Origin: Vulcanimicrobiota bacterium
GTDB taxonomy: Bacteria; Vulcanimicrobiota; Vulcanimicrobiia; Vulcanimicrobiales; Vulcanimicrobiaceae
Assembly (NCBI GenBank): GCA_003164495.1
Contig: PLTN01000229.1
Location: 17,763 to 81,762, forward strand
Reading direction: 5' to 3'
Length of the DNA: 64,000 nucleotides
Shown: positions 17,477-26,768 of the stretch, one piece after another
Layout: each line of letters starts with the position of its first letter
Numbering within the stretch: the first letter of the stretch is position 1
Notes under the pieces: model-generated
Told to the model about the DNA's origin: nothing
The model's database searches: none
What the model saw: the letters and a program-made list of their open reading frames with translations, nothing else
Program-made: the position numbers and the translations under genes

Positions 17477-19141
17477 TCAGTACCGTGAGAAGTGGGTGCA
17501 TTCTTTGGCCATCACCTCAATGAGCGCGGGGCGGCCCGCTGCGGTTACGTCGAGCGCTTCGCGTGCCGCGGGAGCGAAATCCTCGACGTTCTCGATCCGT
17601 TTCGACCATGCGCCGAGTCCGGCCGCTACCATCCGGTAGTCGCCGCCGAGATCGATCGCATGGTATTGTTCGATCGCACGTTCCATGCCGAGCCGCTCGC
17701 CCGCCATGATACCGTTGTTGAAGACGATCGTGATGATGCCGATGCGATTGCGCACCGCTGTTTCGATGTCCATCCCGACCATGCCGATCGACGCATCACC
17801 CATGACGTTCACGCAGACGGCATCCGGATTGGCGAGCTTCGCTCCCATGATCATCCCGAGGCCTGCACCGAGCGACGTCGATTTTCCCCAGCCGAGATAG
17901 TCGCGCGGCGTACGGCTCTGCCAGAACGGGATCATCTGCTCGCGCGGGCTGCCGGCTTCGTGCGTCACGATCGTGCGGCGGTCTTTGAGCAGCGCGTAGA
18001 GATCGCGAATCACGCGATATTGGTTGATCGGTTTTTCCGTTGAAGTAAGCTCCGGAGCCCACTCCGTTTCCCAGGCTTTTCGTACGGCGTCCACTTCGGC
18101 CACGGCGTCCCGAGCGGCGACGTGTTTACGTCCGACGATCTCGTCGGCGAGGGCTTTCAGCGCGAGTTTGGCGTCGGCGAGAATCGCGGCGTCGGTGAAC
18201 CAATCCTTGTTGATATCGAGCGGGTCGTTCGTGAGATGCACGATCGTTTTGCCGGGCGGGATCTTGGGCGCCCAGTTGACGCGCGAGAGGCTCGTGCCCG
18301 CGCCGAAGACGCAATCGGCGTCCTTTAGAAACGCGAACGCCATTTTGGGTGCCGAGTTCACCATCGCTCCAAGCGCGAGCGGGTGATCTTCCGGAAAGCT
18401 GCTCTTGCCCGGATTCGTCGTCAGCACCGGTGCCTGTAAGAGTTCGGCGACACGAACGAGCTCGGCGGTGGCGCCGGCGAAGAGGATGCCTTGACCGGCT
18501 TGAATCACCGGTCGCTTGGCCGCTAACAGCACGTCGGCCGCCAAACGGATCGCCTCGGGATCCGGCGCCGAGCGCACCCTATGCGTGGGCCGGTAGGCGT
18601 ACTCGCCGCATTCGGCTTCGGTAATGTCGCCGATCGCTTCGATGAGCACGGGTCCCGTCGCGCCGCTATACAGGTTGTGAAATGCGCGGCGCATCAGCTC
18701 CCACAGGCGCGCCGGATCGTCGAGCTCGCAGCCCCACTTCGTGATGTGCGCGAAGTTGTCGACCGCGCTGAACGTCGGCGGGGTATGGCTGCGCCCCATT
18801 GGTGCCGGACCAGGCAGCACGAGCAGCGGAATGCCGTCGCTGAACGATTGCGATACGCCGGAGAACGAGTTTTCAATTCCGGGTCCGCCCTGCGGCGCGA
18901 AGACGCCGATTTGGCTGCCGTTCGTCGAGCGGCTGATGCCGTCGGCAATACCCGCTCCTACCCGCTCTTGACGGCAGATGATCGGACGCAGACCGGCTTC
19001 GACGCAGCGGTCGATGAGCAGATTTCTGGGATAGCAGACCAGATGCTCGACGCCTTCGTCCTTGAGCACCCGCGCGATCGCATCAGCTACTTTGATTTCG
19101 CGTCCTCCCGCTTCGGCAATTCCCTCCGACCTTGCGGCCAC
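17477..19141 (-). CDS. thiamine-diphosphate-dependent enzyme (acetolactate synthase large subunit / benzoylformate decarboxylase-like)
   Basis: ORF 17477..19219. ThDP-family layout (KVADAIARVLKDEGVEHLVCYP, ERVGAGIADGISR, C-terminal MGDASIGMVGMDIETAVRNRIGIITIVFNN = GDG-x24-NN-type ThDP motif). Start uncertain: GTG 19141 is preferred because it avoids overlapping the divergent Rieske gene; ATG 19207 and TTG 19219 are also in frame. Confidence 0.8.
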   Translation of the reverse strand: MAARSEGIAEAGGREIKVADAIARVLKDEGVEHLVCYPRNLLIDRCVEAGLRPIICRQERVGAGIADGISRSTNGSQIGVFAPQGGPGIENSFSGVSQSFSDGIPLLVLPGPAPMGRSHTPPTFSAVDNFAHITKWGCELDDPARLWELMRRAFHNLYSGATGPVLIEAIGDITEAECGEYAYRPTHRVRSAPDPEAIRLAADVLLAAKRPVIQAGQGILFAGATAELVRVAELLQAPVLTTNPGKSSFPEDHPLALGAMVNSAPKMAFAFLKDADCVFGAGTSLSRVNWAPKIPPGKTIVHLTNDPLDINKDWFTDAAILADAKLALKALADEIVGRKHVAARDAVAEVDAVRKAWETEWAPELTSTEKPINQYRVIRDLYALLKDRRTIVTHEAGSPREQMIPFWQSRTPRDYLGWGKSTSLGAGLGMIMGAKLANPDAVCVNVMGDASIGMVGMDIETAVRNRIGIITIVFNNGIMAGERLGMERAIEQYHAIDLGGDYRMVAAGLGAWSKRIENVEDFAPAAREALDVTAAGRPALIEVMAKECTHFSRY

Positions 19142-19192
19142 GCCCAAGGAGTTCCCTTTGCCGAACTGAAGGCTCGCGACGCCGGAGGAAGC

Positions 19193-20356
19193 ATGGAAAA
19201 CGGACATCTGACCCGCCAAGAACTGTTACGACAGCTCACCCAAACCGCGGCGGGCACGCCCATGGGCACCCTGTTGCGCTCGTTTTGGCAACCGGTCGCG
19301 CCGGCCGATAGCGTTGAGCCGGGCAAAGCTCGCGCGTTACGTGTGTTGAGCGAAGACCTCACCCTCTACCGCGGTGAAAGCGGAACGCCGTACTTGATCG
19401 GTGCGCGCTGCGCGCACCGCTGCACCGTGCTGCATACCGGTTGGGTGCAAGACGATCAAGTGCGCTGTATGTATCACGGCTGGCGCTACGACGGAACGGG
19501 CCGGTGTACGGAAATGCCGGCCGAAAAAAACGTCAGTCCCGACCTCGTGAAGATCGCCGGTTATCCGGTTCACGAATACGGCGGTCTGCTGTTCGCCTAT
19601 CTCGGCGCGGGCCCCGCACCGGCATTCGATCTGCCGCGCAAGCCCGGGCTCGAAGAGCCGGGCCGGTTGCGCGTCATCCGCTACCAGGAGTGGGACTACA
19701 ACTTCTTCCAAGGCACGGAAAACTCGCTCGACGCCACCCACGTGAGCTACGTGCACGTGTGGGGCAAAGTCAGCCGCTTCGGCGATGAGATCACCACCGC
19801 GGTGCCCGAACTGTCGTACGAAGAAACGAGTTCGGGCATTCGTCAGACGGCGTTTCGTTCGGCGAACAACGTCCGCATCAGCGATTGGACGTTTCCCAAC
19901 AACAACCACATCGTCTCGCCGGGACCGCGCAAGGGCGACCCGTGGACGGACAGCGTGACGTGGCACGTACCGATCGATGACGAACACACGATGCGCTTTG
20001 CCGTCACGACCATGGCGTCAACTGAACCCGATACCGATCGGCGCTTTCTGGAAGACCGGCGCGAGGGCTACAATCCGGCGGATCACTATCACGAGCTGTT
20101 CGAAGAGCACCGCATGCCCGAGGGTATCGGCAGCCAGCAAGTGATCGCGACGCAGGATTACGTCGCGCTTCGCGGCCAGGGCACCATCGTCGATCGCTCG
20201 CAAGAGCGACTGGGACAATCCGATGCCGGCGTAGCGCTGTTGCGGCGCATCTTCTTGCGCGAACTCGAAGCGATTCGCGAGGGCCGTCCGGCCAAGGCGT
20301 GGGCGCGCCTGGACGAACCGGCCCACTTGCCGATCCAGGTTCCCGAACCGGTCTAG
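19193..20356 (+). CDS. Rieske (2Fe-2S) oxygenase alpha subunit, phthalate/VanA-like type
   Basis: ORF 18581..20356; ATG at 19193 with GGAGGA 4 nt upstream (MENGHLTRQELLRQLTQTAAGTPMGTLLRSFWQPVA). Rieske motif CAHRCTVLHTGWVQDDQVRCMYHGW. Confidence 0.85.
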   Translation: MENGHLTRQELLRQLTQTAAGTPMGTLLRSFWQPVAPADSVEPGKARALRVLSEDLTLYRGESGTPYLIGARCAHRCTVLHTGWVQDDQVRCMYHGWRYDGTGRCTEMPAEKNVSPDLVKIAGYPVHEYGGLLFAYLGAGPAPAFDLPRKPGLEEPGRLRVIRYQEWDYNFFQGTENSLDATHVSYVHVWGKVSRFGDEITTAVPELSYEETSSGIRQTAFRSANNVRISDWTFPNNNHIVSPGPRKGDPWTDSVTWHVPIDDEHTMRFAVTTMASTEPDTDRRFLEDRREGYNPADHYHELFEEHRMPEGIGSQQVIATQDYVALRGQGTIVDRSQERLGQSDAGVALLRRIFLRELEAIREGRPAKAWARLDEPAHLPIQVPEPV

Positions 20357-21522
20357 CGGAGCGGCGTCGCTCCGAGACCGCTCGCCGCGACCCAGCCGCG
20401 GGCGGGATCCCAGCGGATCATCACGACGGAGCCGATGCCGAGACCGCGTTGCGGAATTGCGATGAAGTCGTGCGGTCCGTAGATGCCGACGCTGCCTTGC
20501 ACTGACGCGATATGTTCGCGGATCTGCGCAGCGGTAGCCGAAAGGCCGATTTTCCGTAACGCATCGAGCACGAGCAACGTCCCGTCCCAGGCGAGCGATA
20601 TCGCGTTTTCCGGTTTGTCGCCGGCCGCCTTAAGCGCGTTGAAGTAGCTTTCGAGCGCGCGCTTCGTCGGGCCCGGCGGCACGGCTTCCGGCGCGAACGC
20701 CGGGGTGCCCGGAAAGTAGAGTTCCTTCGGTGCGAATGCGGCGTAGGCGTGCATCTCGGCGTCGCTCAGGTTCGCAGCGGTCGTGAGAATCGGGAGGCCG
20801 AGGCCCGCTTCGGACGCATTGCGCAAGACGGTGCCGAACGGGGTCCCGGTTGTCCAAGCCACCAGGACCTGGGCGCCCGATGCCTTGATCTTCGCCATCT
20901 GCGCGCTGACGCTGAGATCGCTGGGATTGAAGTGTTCGTGTGCAACGACCGTCATCGGGCCGCTCACCTCGCCAAACACCTCATCGATGTTTTGATCGGC
21001 GTCTTGGCCGGTTGCATCGGTGGAGGTGATGAACGCGATCTTCGTCCATGCGCGCATCGCGAAGAACTTCTTCGAAGCCGCGAGCGTGTCGAGCGTCGAG
21101 ATGCCGCTCGAGAAGAGGAAGCTCCCCGGTTTCGGATGGACGCCGGGGGTAAAGCAGTAAAGCAGGGGCCCGTTCGCCATGAGCGGTGCCACGGCGCTGC
21201 AAAGTGACGTCGCTGCGAGTCCGATCGCAACTGCGGCATGTTTCGCGATGATGGCATTAGCGGCTTGAACGGCCGTTGCGGGGTTCGACTGGTCGTCCCA
21301 GATGACGAATTTGATCGGGCGACCGTCGATGCCGCCCGCTTTGTTCGTCATGTTTTCGATGACGTTGAGCGCTTGAATTCCCTCGGCACCTTGGAACGCA
21401 TACGGGCCGGAACGCGACATGATCGCGTCGATTTCGTACGGCGTTTCCGCCGCGCGGCTTCCGGCCGTGGACGCGACCAGCGCGAAGGCCGCAAACAGCA
21501 TTCCGATACGGAGGTGGCTCAT
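20353..21522 (-). CDS. periplasmic solute-binding protein, LivJ-like (branched-chain amino acid/amide ABC SBP family)
   Basis: ORF 20353..21852; ATG at 21522 with AAAGGGGGG upstream. Signal MSHLRIGMLFAAFALVASTAGSRAAE. Pattern IKFVIWDDQSNPATAVQAANAIIAKHAAVAIG. Its stop overlaps the convergent Rieske stop (CTAG). Confidence 0.75.
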   Translation of the reverse strand: MSHLRIGMLFAAFALVASTAGSRAAETPYEIDAIMSRSGPYAFQGAEGIQALNVIENMTNKAGGIDGRPIKFVIWDDQSNPATAVQAANAIIAKHAAVAIGLAATSLCSAVAPLMANGPLLYCFTPGVHPKPGSFLFSSGISTLDTLAASKKFFAMRAWTKIAFITSTDATGQDADQNIDEVFGEVSGPMTVVAHEHFNPSDLSVSAQMAKIKASGAQVLVAWTTGTPFGTVLRNASEAGLGLPILTTAANLSDAEMHAYAAFAPKELYFPGTPAFAPEAVPPGPTKRALESYFNALKAAGDKPENAISLAWDGTLLVLDALRKIGLSATAAQIREHIASVQGSVGIYGPHDFIAIPQRGLGIGSVVMIRWDPARGWVAASGLGATPLR

Positions 21523-21579
21523 GCGCCCCCCTTTCGCACGTGATTGGGAAACCCCGGCCGGGCCGACGAAGACCGGGAG

Positions 21580-23190
21580 ATGCAGGTTGAGAGCGTGACG
21601 GTACGAGACGGCATTTCGATCGCCGTTGCGCTGTATTTGCCCGCCGCGGGCGGACCGTTTCCGGCGCTGCTGGCTGCCTCGCCCTATCGTTTCGACAACA
21701 ACGTCTTGCCGCCGAGCTCGCAGTTTCTCTGGCGCGAAACCGGGCCGATCGACCTCTACGTCGAGCACGGCTACGCGTACGTGAACATGGACGTGCGCGG
21801 GTGCGGGCGATCGGGCGGCAGCTTCGAGTTCCTCGGCAAGAACGAGCAGCACGATCTCTACGACGTCGTGCAGTGGATCGCGGCGCAGGCTTGGTGCTCG
21901 GGTAAGGTCGGCGGCCTAGGGCAGTCGTACTTTTGCATGTCGCAGTGGTTCATGGCCGCGCACCGCCCGCCCGCACTGGCGTGCATCGGCGCGCACGACG
22001 GTTTGAACGATCCGTATCGGGCGAGCGTCTACAACGGCGGTATCCCGGGCGATTTCTTCCCCGGCTATTGGTGGCAGCAAAACCGCATCATCAATCGTTC
22101 GCCGGCCAACGGCGGGCCGCCGCGCGAGCAAGACGTCGATCTCAACCTGCTGCTCGCCGCGCACCCCACGTACGACGACTTCTGGCGCGCGCGCACGGCG
22201 TGGGAGGTGCTCGACCAGATCGACGTGCCGCTGTATTCCGGCGGCGTGTGGTCGAAGCACCAGTTACACACGCGCGGCAACATCGACGGCTACCGAAGAG
22301 CGCGCGGACCGAAGAAGCTCCGCATGTCGGGCGCGGCGAACGCGTGGGCCGCGAATGCGGAATTCAACTCGCGCGAGTTCCACGAACGCGCGCTCTTGCC
22401 GTTCTACGACCACTATCTCAAGGGTGCGGCGAACGGCTACGCGGATCTTCCGGCGATCGAATACGCCGTACGCGGCACGTCGATCACGCGGACCGCGACG
22501 GAGTGGCCGCCGCCCGGCGTGCGGTACCAACGCTGGTATCTCAACGCGACACCGTCCGGCAGCGTCACGTCGCTCAACGACGGCGGGCTCGCAGCTGCCG
22601 CCGGTGCCGCGACCGGATCGACGAGCTACGCGTATCCGAATCCGGGCTGGGTCAACGGCGTCGTCGGCTTCGGTCCGGCCGGACCGGATCCGGTGCGCCG
22701 CGTGCTGACGTTCACCTCGGCGCCGCTCGACGCCGATCTCGAAATCGCCGGACCGATCAAGCTCGAGCTGTATGCGTCATCGACCGCGCCGGACACGGAT
22801 TTCTTCGTCAAGCTCTCCGACCAAGTTCCGCAGGCCGAATCCGACCGTGCGGAGGGTCGCAATCCGATCGCCGAAACGGTTTCGCGCGGCTGGTTGCGCG
22901 CTTCGCACCGCGCGCTCGATCCCGAGCGCAGCACGGAGATGGAACCCTACCACACGCACGCCGCACCGGAGCCGCTCGTGCCGGGTGCGGTGTATCGTTT
23001 CGACATCAGCATCGAACCGATGGCCTACCGTTTCGCCGCCGGCCACCGCATTCGGCTCGAGATCGTCAATGGCGATTCCGCGCTGACGGAAATGCTTTGG
23101 ACGCACTATTACCGTCCCGATAAGATCGGCGCCGACACGATCTATCACGATGCCCGGAACCCGTCGGTCCTGATCCTTCCGGTAACTTGA
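21580..23190 (+). CDS. CocE/NonD family alpha/beta hydrolase (X-Pro dipeptidyl-peptidase S15-like)
   Basis: ORF 21544..23190; ATG at 21580 (MQVESVTVRDGISIAVALYLPAAGGPFPALL). Motifs YAYVNMDVRGCGRSGGSF, nucleophile elbow VGGLGQSYFCM and C-terminal jelly-roll-like GHRIRLEIVNGDS. Confidence 0.8.
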   Translation: MQVESVTVRDGISIAVALYLPAAGGPFPALLAASPYRFDNNVLPPSSQFLWRETGPIDLYVEHGYAYVNMDVRGCGRSGGSFEFLGKNEQHDLYDVVQWIAAQAWCSGKVGGLGQSYFCMSQWFMAAHRPPALACIGAHDGLNDPYRASVYNGGIPGDFFPGYWWQQNRIINRSPANGGPPREQDVDLNLLLAAHPTYDDFWRARTAWEVLDQIDVPLYSGGVWSKHQLHTRGNIDGYRRARGPKKLRMSGAANAWAANAEFNSREFHERALLPFYDHYLKGAANGYADLPAIEYAVRGTSITRTATEWPPPGVRYQRWYLNATPSGSVTSLNDGGLAAAAGAATGSTSYAYPNPGWVNGVVGFGPAGPDPVRRVLTFTSAPLDADLEIAGPIKLELYASSTAPDTDFFVKLSDQVPQAESDRAEGRNPIAETVSRGWLRASHRALDPERSTEMEPYHTHAAPEPLVPGAVYRFDISIEPMAYRFAAGHRIRLEIVNGDSALTEMLWTHYYRPDKIGADTIYHDARNPSVLILPVT

Positions 23191-23203
23191 GCGAGGTGCG
23201 GTC

Positions 23204-24475
23204 ATGCTAACGCAAGAGCAAAACAAACGCCTGACGGAAGTCGGCCCCGGTACCCCGTGCGGCAACTTGATGCGTCGCTACTGGCATCCGGTCGCGCTCT
23301 CCAAAGAGTTGACCGGCGCGCCGGTTCCGGTGCGGGTGCTGGGTGAGAATCTCGTGCTGTTTCGCGGCGAGGACGGAGCGCCGGGCCTGGTCGGCGCGCG
23401 CTGCCCGCATCGCGGAACCGACCTGAGCTACGCCCGTATCGAGGGCGGCGCGTTGCGCTGCCTCTACCACGGCTGGCTCGTGGCGGCGAACGGGCGCTGT
23501 CTCGAGATGCCGGGCGAACCGCCGGGCAGCACGTTCGTGAACAAAGTTCGCCATACGGCGTACCCGTGCCGTGAAGTGCAGGGCATCGTCTTCGCCTATA
23601 TGGGCCCGGGCGAACCGGTGCCCTTTCCGCAGTTCCCGTGGGTTGGTGCGCCGGCTGAGTCGGTGTGGGCTGCGAAGATGCTCATCAACTGCAACTATCT
23701 CCAAGCCAACGAGGGCAACTGCGACCCGCAGCATCTCTCGGTGCTGCATCGCTTCTTCAAGCCGGTGGCGGAAGACCGGACGTTCGACCGCTCGCGCGAT
23801 ATGTGGGTGGTCGATCCCGCGCCGAATATCGAAGTGGAAGACACCCCGTACGGCTTACGCATCTACGCCATTCGCGATGTGGGTGCGGAGCAGCGCTACG
23901 TGCGCATCACGAACTTCATCATGCCGAACAATTCGTCGTTCGGCGGCAGCTCGGTCGTCGATCCCGAGGTGAAGAAGCTGCCGGAAAACACGTACTACCA
24001 TTTCCATTGGCACGTGCCGATCGACGACTACAACCACTGGAAATACCGCATCTCCTACCGGATCGACGGACCGCTCGACAAGGCGTACTGCGATTCGCTG
24101 ATCGCGGATGACGACATGGACGAGCATTTCAACCGTGCGCGGCGGCTCGAGAACCGCTATCTGCAGACCCGCGAGAACATGGCCTACACGTTTACCGGCA
24201 TGGGCCACAACTTCCAGGATCACGATCGCTTTGCCGTTGAGAGCCAAGGCGAAATCGCCGATCGGACGATCGAACACCTGGGCACGCCCGACCGCGCCGT
24301 TACGGCGATGCGGCGCGTCATGCTGCGTGCCATCGACGACGTGGCAGCAGGCCGTGAACCGCTCATGGCGCATCGGGACGAGAACAACCCCTTGGCCGAA
24401 CTCGTCACGCTCGGCGAAACGATTCCCACGACGACCGATCTGCGCGCCCTGTGGCGCGAACGGGTAACGCAATGA
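23204..24475 (+). CDS. Rieske (2Fe-2S) oxygenase alpha subunit, phthalate/VanA-like type
   Basis: 423 aa. MLTQEQNKRLTEVGPGTPCGNLMRRYWHPVALSKEL. Rieske motif CPHRGTDLSYARIEGGALRCLYHGW. Mononuclear-iron region NCDPQHLSVLH. Confidence 0.85.
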   Translation: MLTQEQNKRLTEVGPGTPCGNLMRRYWHPVALSKELTGAPVPVRVLGENLVLFRGEDGAPGLVGARCPHRGTDLSYARIEGGALRCLYHGWLVAANGRCLEMPGEPPGSTFVNKVRHTAYPCREVQGIVFAYMGPGEPVPFPQFPWVGAPAESVWAAKMLINCNYLQANEGNCDPQHLSVLHRFFKPVAEDRTFDRSRDMWVVDPAPNIEVEDTPYGLRIYAIRDVGAEQRYVRITNFIMPNNSSFGGSSVVDPEVKKLPENTYYHFHWHVPIDDYNHWKYRISYRIDGPLDKAYCDSLIADDDMDEHFNRARRLENRYLQTRENMAYTFTGMGHNFQDHDRFAVESQGEIADRTIEHLGTPDRAVTAMRRVMLRAIDDVAAGREPLMAHRDENNPLAELVTLGETIPTTTDLRALWRERVTQ

Positions 24476-25656
24476 AGTACTTGACGCTCTTTTGTGCCGC
24501 GGCATTCATCATGTTCGCGGTGGCCGCCCCGGTGGCGGCGCAACCCAAACCGTATACGATCGACGCCATCCTCTCGTTGACGGGTCCGGCCGCAACGCTC
24601 GGACAAGCCGAAGCCGCGGCGCTCGCGGCTTACGAGAAGCTCGCGAACCGGCAAGGCGGCATTCACGGAACGCCGATCCACTTCGAGGTTTCCGACGACA
24701 CGTCGAATCCCGCGACGGCGGTGCAGCTCGCGAACGCGATTCTCGCGAAGCATCCGGCGGTCGTGATGGGCTGTTCGCTGGTCGGTCCCACGCAGGCGAT
24801 CGAGCCGCTGTTTCTTCAGAACGGACCCGTGCTGTTCGCATCGACCCCGTTGCTCTATCCCGACAAAGGCTCGTACGTGTTTGCCGCCGGCGCCTCGTCG
24901 CGGCACAGCATGGCGGCGGCGGTGCGATATTTCCGGATGAACGGCATCACCAAGATCGCGATGCTCACAACCTCCGATGCATCGGGACAAGACAACCTGC
25001 ACTCGCTCGATCTCGCGCTGCAGTTGCCGGAGAACAAAGGCATGCAAGTCGTCGACCGGGAGCAGTTTGCGCCGGCCGACATCAGCGCCGCGCCGCAAGC
25101 GCAGCGCATCAAGGCGTCCGGAGCGCAGGTGATCTTCGCCTATCCGACCGGCGCGCCGTTCGGTACCGCGCTCCACGCGTTCTACGATGCGGGCCTCGAC
25201 CTGCCGATCGATACGGCCGGACCCAATCTCGACCCTGTACTGCTCGATCGCTTCAAAAGTGTCTTGCCGCACGCCGAGCTCGTGATCGCGAACGCCAGTT
25301 TCTTCAACCACGACCGCAAGGCGAACGATCCGCTCAAAGCACCGATCGACGAGTTCTACACCGAGCTCGGCGCGGCCGGAATCAAGCCGACCGTTGCCAA
25401 CGCGTTCACTTGGGATCCCGCGCGCATCATCATCGCGGCGCTGCGCAAGTACGGGACGAACGCGACGCCGGCGCAAATCCGCGACTTCATCTCCGACCTG
25501 CACGACTTCCCCGGCGTGTCGGGCATGTACGACTTCCGCATCGGCGACCAGCACGGCCTCACCCAGGATGCCGAGGTCGTCATTCGTTACGACCCGACGA
25601 GCCCGAGCGGCCAACGCATCGTCAGCCAACAAGGCGGGGCACCCAACCCGCACTGA
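24472..25656 (+). CDS. periplasmic solute-binding protein, LivJ-like
   Basis: ORF 24451..25656; ATG at 24472 overlaps the Rieske stop (ATGA). Signal MKYLTLFCAAAFIMFAVAAPVAAQP. Pattern IHFEVSDDTSNPATAVQLANAILAKHPAVVMG. Closely parallel to the SBP at 54891..56078. Confidence 0.75.
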   Translation: MKYLTLFCAAAFIMFAVAAPVAAQPKPYTIDAILSLTGPAATLGQAEAAALAAYEKLANRQGGIHGTPIHFEVSDDTSNPATAVQLANAILAKHPAVVMGCSLVGPTQAIEPLFLQNGPVLFASTPLLYPDKGSYVFAAGASSRHSMAAAVRYFRMNGITKIAMLTTSDASGQDNLHSLDLALQLPENKGMQVVDREQFAPADISAAPQAQRIKASGAQVIFAYPTGAPFGTALHAFYDAGLDLPIDTAGPNLDPVLLDRFKSVLPHAELVIANASFFNHDRKANDPLKAPIDEFYTELGAAGIKPTVANAFTWDPARIIIAALRKYGTNATPAQIRDFISDLHDFPGVSGMYDFRIGDQHGLTQDAEVVIRYDPTSPSGQRIVSQQGGAPNPH

Positions 25657-25709
25657 CAACGGGACAAATGGCGAGCAGTGACCGGAGCGGCCGCGTCGTA
25701 GAGGCGTAG

Positions 25710-26768
25710 ATGCCTCGTCTCGTTGGGCGTGTCTTCGCTGCCGTCGCCTTTCTCTTGCTGCTGGGTGCCTCCGACGCTCCTGATGCCGCGGCCGTCATCG
25801 CTCCCAAGGTCGTCGTGGTGGCGATGTTCGAGATTGGAAACGACTCCGGCGATAAGCCGGGCGAGTTTCAGTTTTGGGTCGAGCGCGAACATCTCACGCG
25901 GCTGATTCCGCTGCCGGCGGCGTTTCACGGCGTGCGGACGAACGCCGATGCATCGGTGATCGGGATTGTCACCGGGCGCGGCAACACCAGCTCGGCGTCG
26001 AGCATCATGGCGCTCGGGCTCGATCCGCGCTTCGATCTGCGCAAGAGCTACTGGGTGATCGCCGGGATCGCCGGCATCGACCCGAAGAAGGGTTCGATCG
26101 GATCCGCGGTGTGGACCGATGCGGTCGTCGACGGCGATCTCTCGCACGAGATCGATGCGCGCGAAATGCCGCACGGTTGGGGCTCGGGCTTCGTGCCGCT
26201 CGACCGCACGCAGCCCTACGAGCAGCCGGTCCCGAGCGTCGATGAGATGGTGTATCGCCTCAACCCCGCGCTGTTGCATTGGGCGTATACGCTGACGCGC
26301 AACACGAAGCTGGTCGACAACGCGCGGGCGCGTGCGCGGCGCATGCTCTACACCGGTTACCCGCGCGCGCAAGCGCCGCCGTCGGTGCTCGTCGGCGCCG
26401 ACGTTTCATCGAGCCGTTTCTGGTCCGGAGTGCTTTCTGACCGCTGGGCCAATGACTGGACGCGCTATTACACGCACGGCCGTTCGACCTACGTCACGAC
26501 CGCGATGGAGGATGCGGGCACGCTGCACTCGCTGACCGCGCTCTCGCGTGCCGGCCGCGTGGACATCAACCGCGTGCTGCTCCTGCGGACGGCCAGCGAC
26601 TACGACATGCAACGCCCCGGCGAAACGGCCGAGCACAGCCTCAATAGCGAGAAGTACGGAGCGTACTCCGCCTACTTGCCGGCGCTCGAGGCCTCCTATC
26701 GCGTCGGCAGCCGCGTCGTGCACGCGCTGGTCGCCGGCTGGCCGCAGTACGAGACGCAGATTCCTTAG
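25710..26768 (+). CDS. secreted protein of the family annotated as purine nucleoside permease (NUP)
   Basis: 352 aa. Signal MPRLVGRVFAAVAFLLLLGASDAPDAAA. KVVVVAMFEIGNDSGDKPGEFQFWVERE, IGIVTGRGNTSSASSIMALGLDPRFDL and WVIAGIAGIDP recall the NUP family, which has a nucleoside-phosphorylase-like core. No TM segments after the signal. Confidence 0.5.
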   Translation: MPRLVGRVFAAVAFLLLLGASDAPDAAAVIAPKVVVVAMFEIGNDSGDKPGEFQFWVEREHLTRLIPLPAAFHGVRTNADASVIGIVTGRGNTSSASSIMALGLDPRFDLRKSYWVIAGIAGIDPKKGSIGSAVWTDAVVDGDLSHEIDAREMPHGWGSGFVPLDRTQPYEQPVPSVDEMVYRLNPALLHWAYTLTRNTKLVDNARARARRMLYTGYPRAQAPPSVLVGADVSSSRFWSGVLSDRWANDWTRYYTHGRSTYVTTAMEDAGTLHSLTALSRAGRVDINRVLLLRTASDYDMQRPGETAEHSLNSEKYGAYSAYLPALEASYRVGSRVVHALVAGWPQYETQIP

